Part shown: positions 32,801-42,200 of the stretch, piece by piece
Position numbering within the stretch: position 1 is the stretch's first letter
Layout of the letters: each line of letters begins with the position of its first letter
Source of the DNA: an uncultured virus (IMG/VR IMGVR_UViG_3300002835_000037)
Taxonomy: Duplodnaviria; Heunggongvirae; Uroviricota; Caudoviricetes
Strand: one strand, 5' to 3'
Virus record (IMG/VR): IMGVR_UViG_3300002835_000037
Length of the DNA stretch: 64,000 nucleotides
Made by a program: the position numbers and the translations under genes
The notes under the pieces: model-generated
What the model was told of the DNA's origin: nothing
Seen by the model: the letters and a program-made list of their open reading frames with translations, nothing else
Database searches by the model: none

Positions 32801-33170
32801 TATCATCTGGATAATACATATCATCCGCTGCTGATGGTTCATCAAATCCATAATCATATGTAGGTTTTATAGGAGTTTCCTCTTCTTCAAAATATTCATC
32901 TTCTAAAGAAACATCTTCTACATTCATGTTGTACATACCATCTACAACATTTTTGATTTCTTCTAAAGCACTTTCATAATTTATACCAAATTCTCTACTT
33001 ATGTTTTCTGCCATAAAATCTAAATCAGAGTCCAATGTTAGTTCATCAAGAATAGCATCGGTAATATCACGCTGTGGACCAGAAGACATTTGCATACCCA
33101 TCTGAGCTTTATTTAAAAATTGCCCTAATGCGCTGGTATTATTGTTATTGTTTGCAAATTTATTATTCAT
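29871..33170 (-). CDS. Putative virion cargo protein (1099 aa), largely low-complexity, many xxxGG motifs
   Basis: Long ORF; KGPWWSGKR twice; QRKGG, FQSGG, FVYGG, FKKGG, MAFGG, VKKGG, YKEGG. Confidence 0.7.
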   Translation of the reverse strand: MNNKFANNNNNTSALGQFLNKAQMGMQMSSGPQRDITDAILDELTLDSDLDFMAENISREFGINYESALEEIKNVVDGMYNMNVEDVSLEDEYFEEEETPIKPTYDYGFDEPSAADDMYYPDDTGFEDEDDLAIEDERALSLQRKGGTISKKKFVKDTLRKLKKASEGMEQSESNIGDIRDTPIGGRQSKVNNFRRGIKDLGNEHYAKDIYDKTMQLQQQVSGLSPMAQEGVEVNNMNMQETDIENPMHHLQAYSSALSNIFKQPMNQVHGPGYEMPMARKGREQRAADRETRQANKDWQKMFGDIAVGYIGVPGMPNYLQMISPNVMSGQASPEQATQMNVPGPLVNMSFKKGPWWSGKREWTAEGIPAEMFMGMGMGMGRGMGTNYGSGYVPQTTTYDTRRQYPGEVIRSTTTKPVTPGVTPIVPASTNAVVPESNIPVVNDPVVTTPNVTPVINPTAEQVEAVRAQIPRFDELSDVVKAQLIDYHIKSGRNPQDILIAMNENITQDVLNSMSHEELVNYYNERNKDLSSEEMAPWDYRLNDIIERFTDEDTPDYTNYYPSLLQSAMEKYGSKFQSGGTVNNPFSDEYGNLQRFVYGGNEMPDSPILEYEDDYMSSKDVDDPFMFKKGGLYKYQGTGNSQVNDICTHTNCFPQGNSGQNSNDYNNWLKRKVEKEALVEYNEWMNRNAQGNQNMTSYNANLNDPVYQQILQRRMADLTGQPGEPNKNTQMRGQTPQLRGQYPTAPSVGQQIRGMFSPFQRNPQTGRNYDFMWASQAGPARTADGQIFQPGVNAGQPFTQAQMDPTKPGYRYDYKYEKGPWWSGKRTLSVTGKWIDPTNPNAGTAPSPSVTPESAVPTTNTSIEPGATIPEQNITPAQYMQSQLTLPEKDFDASWQNTIQNTAGPTVDKPYMAFGGYIPEYNDLYRFQGPGDSEVNPENTNAFDPNINNQTASQCSDSEKMDPNSMCYDPSFRPQDFTATYNLKKARTLDTGNIANIMGAAGVGIQEASRAFDNRYQDQYLRDRTTSDNMAFTNNLDYRGGYSGLTQRSVGAPTFTGVVGNASFVKKGGQIKYKEGGVYDLDQNEIGRILAAGGKIEFI

Positions 33171-33188
33171 AAATGTAGTTCTATATAT

Positions 33189-33200
33189 TAATATACTAAA
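33189..33200 (-). promoter_or_regulatory. Candidate phage late-promoter motif TTTAGTATATTA
   Basis: Identical 12-mer at 50852-50863; variants at 53569-53580 and 57605-57616; each is intergenic and upstream of a start codon. Confidence 0.5.
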
Positions 33201-33271
33201 TTATAGTTTAACCGTTAAACTTTAAATATTTAAATGAATTATTAGTTATACATTTTATACAAAGATGCTAT

Positions 33272-36200
33272 TTATTTTTGTTTTGGAATTATAAGTGCTG
33301 ATCCTGTACCATAATCATTGTTATAACCATCAAAGAAATTAACACTTAGTTTACCATTTACAGCAGCGGGTTTTGCACTAAATGAACCAACATCATGATA
33401 TCCAATTACAAGTTCATTATCTTTTAAACCATACTTTGTTTTTATATCAGCACCTTCTTTTTGAATGTCATTAATTGTACCACTAAAATCTCTTACAATA
33501 TTATTTCCATAACTATCTTTAAATATAAAGGATACTGTTACACCATCAAATCTACCATATTTATTTTTAGCAGGATCTGTGAATAATAGATTTGTTAATT
33601 TACCATCCTTAGTTTTTAAATATTTAGCTTGTTTAAAGTTTGGAGCTTTTACTGAAGAATTAAAATCAACATCATCAAAATTATACTGTCGTAATGGTGC
33701 AACAATTTTTACTTTATCATAATTGATAGCCTCAGCATATTCTTTTGCAATCTGATCTTTTTCTGATTTGTTTTTTGCTTTAGCAGCTCTTTCAGCATAT
33801 TCATTAAATATAGATAGTGCTTTAAGTTCTTCTTCAGTCATTTCTGATGGTTTTTTATATTTCATAATTACCTGACCATCACTATTAGGAATTGATTCAA
33901 ACATTGGTATATAGTTATCTGATTCAACAGCACGATTAATAAAAGCAAAGTTATTTGGGTGCATATATGTTTTACCATCTAACGGTGAAGCATCAAGTAT
34001 AAAATGGCCAACTCCTTCAACATCTGTATAAGTTTTGTTAACGTCTCTTTGTTTATTTTTTGGTTCTGTGTTATAAAAAGTAAATCCTTTGTTTGCATCC
34101 CATTGACTTCTATAAGATAATAATTGAGATCCTGGAAGAGCTTTTTGATGCTTATCACCTGTTACTTCAATTTGCTCATAAAAATTTTTAACTTCAGGTT
34201 TTACTTCTTTAATTTTATCTGTTGGCTTTGCTTGTACTACATGGCTATCTGGTTTTTTATAACCTTTCTTAACCAGAAATCTGTCAAAATAAGAATTAAA
34301 GTTACGTGTATAATCATCTATCACAACACCCATTTCATTCATTACAACACCCATTTCATCTACTCCTTTTTCAATATCAAGACCTCCCGTATAAGTTTGA
34401 CCAGCTGCTTTAAAGATACCATCTACAAAACTAGGTTCTTTATAAGGAATTCGGCCTTTAGCTTCTTCTTTATCTCTTTGTCTTTTTTCTTCAGTAAATC
34501 TCAACAAATCTTGATTTATAAAACCTGGTGTAGAAGTATTTGAAAATTTAGAAGCTATACCACCAGGTATTGGTTGCTGCTCTTTCCGTCTAGATAAAGA
34601 AGGAACTTCTGCCGAAACTTTTGGTAACATTGCCCCCGGTGGTGTAAACGTAGATTGGTCTACATACAAAGATGGATGTAATGATTGTTTAGGAACTTGA
34701 TTAAAGTTTTTAAGAGCTTCTAATTCTTTGGCATATTTTAAAGGATCTTTCATATATTGACGCAACATTGCTGTAGGACCAGCCATTGAGTTCTTTCTTT
34801 TTAAGTCTTTAATTTTTTCTCTTAGTTCATTTATATTAATAGGAGCTTGCTGCTGGGGTTTAACAACAGGCGGTGTTATTACCGGAGTCTCCTTTACTGA
34901 GACAGGAGAATTCCTTTTGGTAGTTTCTTTTTTAGCTGAAGGTTTATCTGGTAAAGTCTTAGGTTGTTGAGGACTTTGTTGATTAAATAAATCCGGGAAT
35001 CTATTTATCAATCCAGATCTAGTACCTACCCTTTGTGTTACAAGATCGTCTAAAGTAGCACCTCTCATAACTTTATCTACAACCATTTTATCATAAGCAG
35101 CTCTAGAGTTTTGATAATCCTCATAAGATACTTGAGATTCTCCAAATTCTCCTGCTAAAACTCTATTAGCCAAAGCTATATTTTGAGCAGCTGAACCATC
35201 TGTCAATCCTTGTCTCTTAGCTTCTGACCATGATGTACCTGTATGCTGCTTCCAAATTTCAGAAGGTGTTCCACCTTGTTGAAGTTTTAATGTTGATGCT
35301 ATTCTTGATTTCCAATCTGTAGCACCACCTGATTGAAAAATTCCGCCATACCTTTGTTGAGGTAATGTTTGGATTATAACATACCCTGAGTACCCTGCTG
35401 GTGCTTTTACCACTTGAAGTTGAGAAGTCTCTACTCCTAATTGTTGAGCTGTTTGTTCTATGGCATTTGTTGCTGCTTGTTTTGAGAAGTAAGGTTTATA
35501 AAGGTCTGTAACCAGTTTATTCCCTGTTGTTGCCCAAGGTGTTGCTCCTAATTTGTTGTATGCTTCATTTGCTCTTTTTAAAGCATAAGTATCTGCGTGT
35601 TGAGATATTTGTCTTGGGTTATTGCTTGGAGCATACCCATAAATTTGTGGGTCAAGAGGTTGTCCTAAATTATCTGTCCACACATTATATCCACTAGGTA
35701 TTTGAGGTGCAGGTGTTACCTGTGGTTGATTTGTTTGAACAGGTTGTTGAACAGATTCTTCAGTAGAACTTATTTCTTCTGGTACAATCTCTGGTGTTGC
35801 TTCAGGTTCTGTTGTTTGTGTTTTTTGAAACTCTACCCATGCAGCTTCTGACTTTGGTCCCCAAATACCATCTGCTTTACCTATGTTAAAACCTGCATTA
35901 ATAAGTTGTTGTTGTTTGGCTACTATCTCAGGGTCTGGTTTGAAAACAACAGGTTGTTTTGGTTTTTGATATACAGGTAACGCAAAGTGTGTGGTCATGT
36001 CTCCTTTTTTAAATAACTTTTGATCTCTATCGTACAAGGTGGGGGTTGAAATCCCACTCGGGTTTCCATAAATGTTTTTTAAATTTGGGTGCGTAAAAAA
36101 GTTATTTTCCCTTGTCAAAGTGTAGCCACTAGAATGGGTTGTAATGCTAGGTTTTCCTTGATATACAACATAATCCACAGGGTTGTTCACTCTTCCTTTA

Positions 36201-39200
36201 TTGTTGTAAGAAATATTTCCTTCTAAGTCTCTTTTTTCTTGTAGTGTGGGTTTTATGCCTGTCCTTGTTAAGGTAGGGTAGTTATTTGCGATTTGGATAT
36301 TGTGTTGTGCATTATTGTATTTCCCAAGGCTGTCCTGATATGCAACTAATCTCGGGTCATTTGGATTTGTTACGTAGATAGGTGGCGGGTCTCCATGTAC
36401 CCCCCCCAAAGCGTATGTATTCTGCTCTAGTTCTTCGAGGTCTACGTAAAGAGTAGATCTTTGACCACCCTTTTGCATCATAGGATATTCATCTACATAA
36501 TCTGCTCCTGGGAATGTATAATTAGCTCCAGGGTACATCATCTGTTGATTACCAAAATTATCCACACCTAATAGAGGTGTAGACATACCTTTTGTTGTAA
36601 TAACATCACTTGGGATTCTTGTATGTACTCCTGATTGAAAACTTCCTCCTTGTTGAAATTGAGATGCTGCTCCTAGTGCTCCTATTCCTACTACACTAGC
36701 CAAACCAATTTTATTCAATGATTTTATTATTTTAGAAATATCAAAGTCATTAATATTTTGCATGTATGGATGGTTATCAGCTATCATTTTTTCTAAGGCT
36801 GTTTTAATTTCAGCTTCATCCGCTTTCGTGTAAACTCTTTTTCCAAGTTTATCTCCAAGTAACATTCTTAATTCTCCTTGCACAGCTTCGGCTTCTAAAA
36901 CAGGTAAAGATGAACCATCTGCATCCTTTAACCCTTGCCAAGCATCATCTAATATTGCCCTTTCTTCTTTAGTAGCAGGAAGTCTCACACTTCTACTATG
37001 ACCTGTTTCATGTATCGCAGCGTCATATATTTTACTTTGTGGTTTATGCTTGTTTACAATTGCTAAATCATCCATATCTCCAAAATTTCTTGCTCCATAA
37101 TTACCTTCCGCTGCCCCTTGCCAATTTTCTGTATTTCTATAATTTAAAAAGTGAGGGGCATCTTTCATAAGTTTAGAAAACTTTTCTCTAGCTAAAGGGT
37201 CATTATGAAATAGTGCTTCTGTATTAGTAACATTAAAATCTTGATTAGGTCTAAACTCTCGTAATTTAACCTTATTATAAGGTGATTGTGAAAATGCTAA
37301 AGCATCAGCATTAGCTCTTGCTAATTCAGCTTCTGCATTTAAAGAAGGTGGTAAAAAAGGTTCTGGTTTCTTTTTATTAAAAATATTCCACAAGCGTAAA
37401 TTAACATTTCCTGACTCTAAACCTCTACCAACATCATCAGCAGAAGAAGTTGCTTTACTTCCCCACCACTTACTATATGGAATATTAGAGGCTACTGCGT
37501 GTAAATCATGGCTACTACTTATCTTAATACCTGGATTTAACTTTTCTAAAGCTTCGGCGACTTTTTTAAATTCAAGGGTCTTGTCTCTAGTATGATGCAA
37601 CCTTGCGTATTCATTTAAAATATCATGATTCACACCTTCTGGTAAAACATAATCTGTACCATTTTTTGCCCACAAGTAACTCTCAGGTAATCCCTTAACA
37701 TCGACATTATTCTTTTTTAAAAAAGTATGCACTTCCTTATTAATAATATTTTCAGGTTCAAATGCTAAGTTGGCTGGATGAATAACATCACTTTCGGTTT
37801 TAATTCTAGAAGTTGGGAACTTGTAAGTACTTTGACTACGTGGTACAAACACAACATCATCTACAGAAGAAATAACATTAGGTGAGCTTGGTAGTTGTCT
37901 AGGTGTGTTAGCTACAGTTCTAGGATTTAAAGATGAACCTATATCATCTAAGTAAGGTGTAAAAGATTTTCTACCAATTTGGTCTACTATAGACTTTATT
38001 TCATTCTTTAATGCTTTTATATGATTAGGTTTTAATGCATCCAATCCCCCTTTTTTAAAAAGGTTAAAAGCTGATTTAAGATCTTTACTAAACTTAGATG
38101 TAGCAGGTTTTTTTAAAAGAAAAGCAAACAATGCAGATACAGAAGCTTCACTTAAATCAGAATTATTTTCATCCATAAAAGAATCTGCAGCTAAAGCTCC
38201 TCCTATAATAACAGGTAAATTATTAATTACTTTTTCTAATAAATTAAAGTTTTCAGATTTGTTCTGCATGATATCATAAACTCTCAGTGGGAATTTTGAA
38301 TCTCCTGCTTTTTTATAGTTTTCATAATGTGTTTTAAGCATTCTATTTGTTATAGGCTGGTGCTCAGATTTGATGATTCCTTTTTGAAGCATGTCTTCTC
38401 TGACTTCTGCTAAGAAAGAAGTTTTTTCTGTTCCCTTAGAACCTTCGTTCCAATAGTTAACAGCTTCCTTAAGGTAATCGTCTTTATCAGCTTTAAGCAC
38501 CGTATAAGCTGATGATTTCTCAGGAGTAGTTTTTGCAAAAGGAATTTTAATTTGTTTAGAAAAATCAGTAATAAGCTGCAATCCTTCTAATTGTTTATCT
38601 ATATAAGTAGGTGTTACTTTTTTAAATGAAGATAGAAAATGAGCTAGTTCATGAGAAGTAACTAGAGGAAGTTCCTTTAAAGGAAATGCTCCAGGTTGGA
38701 TTCTTACACCTTGTTCAAAAGTTCTTGTATTTAAATCAAAAGCTCCGGAATATTGTTTTAAAGCAATTTCAATATCTTTAAGATTACTAATTAATATTCT
38801 TTCTTTTTGGTCAAGTTCATTAATTTCAATTTTATAATCAGCTACACTAAGATAACCTTCAGCATATGCAATTTCAATTTGTCTTTTTTTAGAATCAATA
38901 TCATCCAATGCTTTTAATTTATCAGAGTATGTTCTATTTACATTTGTTACTTGCTCCATAGCTTCCGATAAACTCTCAGGAGTTTCTCCTTTTAAAGCAG
39001 GAGTATTGTCTATCATTTTTTGTAATCTCCGTTTTCCTTCAGGAGTTTTCCATAGCTCTAATTTTCTATTTTTTATATCATCAATAATATTAGCAGCAAG
39101 TTCATTATCATTTTTAGAAAATACCGCTACATCATCTGTATAATCAGACATTCCCGATGTTTTTAAAAACGGATCTTTTTCATTTCTTAAACCTCTACCA

Positions 39201-42200
39201 ATATCATCTATAGGAGAAATAGCATTAGGTGAACCTCTAAATTGTTGAGGTAAATTTTCCATCAAAGCAGGAGTAGTTACTTCAACAGCTTGCCCAGCTC
39301 TAGTCATATCACCAAGAAGAGCATTGGGTTTTACATTACTTACAGCTTGATTTTGCTTAAGTATTTTAAATTCACCAAGACCTGCTTCTTTTGTAAATCT
39401 GCTTAAAGGGTTTACTATTTTTTCAAATGCTGGAGCGGCTTCTCCTAAATTAGGATTACCAACAAGCAGTCCTGATTCCATAGGCGACTTATAAGCAAAA
39501 CTGTATTTACCAGCTCCTGGAATAATAGACATACTTCCTGGAGTTCTTAATGCTTTAACAGTTTGCATACCAGGTCTAATAAAAGGAGCTATTCCTAAAG
39601 TTCCCCATAAGGCATTCTCAACACCTTTTCCGTAATCTTCTTCTTTAAATCCTTGATATGATTTATCTAAAAATCCTTCAGGTTTAAATGTTTCATATGC
39701 AAAATGTGTATTAAGAGCACCGTGTCCAGTTAACCAAGGTAATTGTTTTATTGGAGCATATGATAAAAATTTATTAGCCCCCCGAAGCACTGTAGGAACA
39801 TACTTAGCTAAAGGAATGGGTGCCATCCTTAAACCTTCTAGCATAGCTTGTTTATAATCTCCTGCTGCTGTATTTCTAACAACTTTGTCAGTTACATCAA
39901 AAGGATTTGCAAAGGTATTTATAGCATTCCCTACAAGATTATCAGGATCAACATCATACCCAGCCATTCTTGCTTCATTAATGTACTGAGGCATGTTTCT
40001 AAAATCTCCAGTTTGAACTGAGTATTTAAAAGCAGTAAATGGATTTGTTATTACATCCCAAGTTCTGCTTGCCATACCCTGTTCTTCATAAGCACTAAGC
40101 TCTTCATTTTTGGGTCCTGGATTATACATATTATAATACTTCTCAAGACCACCAAAGTCAGATTGAGACACTTCTTGTAAAGCTTGTTCTTTTGTTTTAA
40201 AACCATAATCAGAACCATAAGTATCATTATGGTATTTCATATAGTTTTCAGCAGCCCTATCTAAATAGGCAGCTTTTGCTTTTTTTTCTTCTTGCTCTCT
40301 AATTTGTTGAGACTGTGCACGTCTTGTTACTTCCTCTATAGGAAGGCCTGTGCTTTGTTGGATAGTTTCCGATGGTTGTTGCTGAACTACAGGCTGCTGG
40401 TTGTACTTGTCCAAGGTTGCTTGTCTTGCCTTCTCAGAAGGTTTGATAGTTTTTGGTTGTTCAAGTTTTCTCCCTGTAAGTTTTTCATAGGCAGCTTTTC
40501 TTTTAGCAAATTCTTCAGGTGATAACTGTCCTCCTTGTTGAAAGAATGTTCCTCCAGTTTTTTTTATTATTAAATTATACCCTGGGTTTCCTTTTCTATT
40601 TATATCCTGCTCGTAATAGTTCTTAAAATCCTGTTGTGTCAGTCCTTGTTCATTAACTCCATAAAACTCGTACCTGCCGTTATCTAAATGGATGTACTGT
40701 GCGTCCTTGTTTTCTTTCAAAAACTTGTTGACCTCTTCCACCCCTCTCTTTCCATTTGTGATGTAAATAAACGCTGCTTTTTCAGTAGATGGAGAATAAA
40801 GAATAAACTTCCCTGTATTTGGGGTATTCTGATATATAGGCTGTCCTTTGTTGTCTAGTAACCTCATCTCTACCCCATTTAAAACAGCTTTGCTTATATT
40901 CTTCGCTCCGAACCTTCTTGGTACTAACTGTGTCTCTGATTTAAAATCTTTTGCTTTTCCTACTTTAAATTTCCCATCTTCTACTCCATAAAAAGATTCT
41001 ATCTTGTCGCTCGGGTAATTTTTGTCTGAATAAGTGTCTTCTGCTCTAAGCCAATCTTTAGCTTTTCTGACTGTGTTATTAGAAGATTCTATAAACTCTC
41101 CTCCTATTATAACCGTTCCGTCTTTTATTTCATTTACTCTTGCAAAATCCATGTTCCTGTTTGTAATATCTATTGTTGTGTCCTTAGCCTCTAAGCCTCC
41201 TGGCACTCCTTGTATCCCTACACTCCTCATGACTTTTGAACGCACAGCTGGGGGTGCTAAAGCTAGCCCATAGAGCCCTGCAACAGATGGCATAGCCCCT
41301 CCAATTACCCCTGCCATAAGATAATCTGGCCAAGACCAGTTGTCTCCTCCATATAAAACAGAATTTATCCCTGTCCTGTTACCTGTTAAAAAGTTTTCTC
41401 TCAAATACTCTTTTGCAAGAGGGTCTAAATCCCACATATCCCCGTATGCTTTTTTCGCTTCTCTGTGTCTCTTCAAACTCTCTTTGTAAAAGTCGCTGTT
41501 CATGTAAGCCTCCAGCTCTTCCTTTGTCAGTTTTCCTTTAGGATATTTTTGAAACGCTCCTTTCATGTTTATAAACCCTGCTTGTTTAACATCATCTACA
41601 GAAGAAATAGCATTAGGTGATCCTGGTAGTTGTTGAGGAGTTTTTGTAGGAAAAAAGTTTTTTAGATTTTTACCAAAACCTGGCAATGCTCTTGCAATAG
41701 CATAGCCATCAGCTATTTCCATGCCTGTCATTAGAGCGTTTCCTGTATTAGATAATCCTGTGTTTAGAAAGTTAAACATCTTGTTCTGAGAATATGGATT
41801 CAATTGATTCAGATTGTATGCTTGCTGTGCTTTCTCCCAGTCATCTCCTCCTGAAACATAGTCCCAGAAATTACCTGCTTGGAACAGGGGTGCTTGTACT
41901 GCATTTACAATTTGTTGTTTCCAATCAGGGTCTGTTAATTGATTTGCATAAAACTGGTCTCTTTCTCGTTGTGCATTAGAACGGTTGTCTGCTTCAAAAG
42001 AAGTTCTACTGTCATCTATTCTTTGACGGTTTCTTTCTTCTATTTCTTCTCTAGTTGAGTTATCTAACTCTTGTTGGATATTTGCGTTATTTACTCCTCT
42101 GCTTTGTTGTGTTGTTTCTGAAGGTTGTGATTGAATTACTGGTTGTTGGTTATATTTATTTTGATAATATTCTCTTGCTTGTGGTGATTGTTTAAAAGAT

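Noticed and set aside
36400..36407. C8 homopolymer as a phase-variation tract
   Set aside because: Explained by Leu-Gly-Gly-Val codons in an intact frame; a single sequence gives no evidence of slippage
37418..41638. CRISPR array or DGR template/variable repeat interpretation of the repeats
   Set aside because: Copies are in-frame, irregularly spaced by 0.4-2.4 kb, mismatches are not confined to adenines, and no cas or reverse transcriptase gene is in the window
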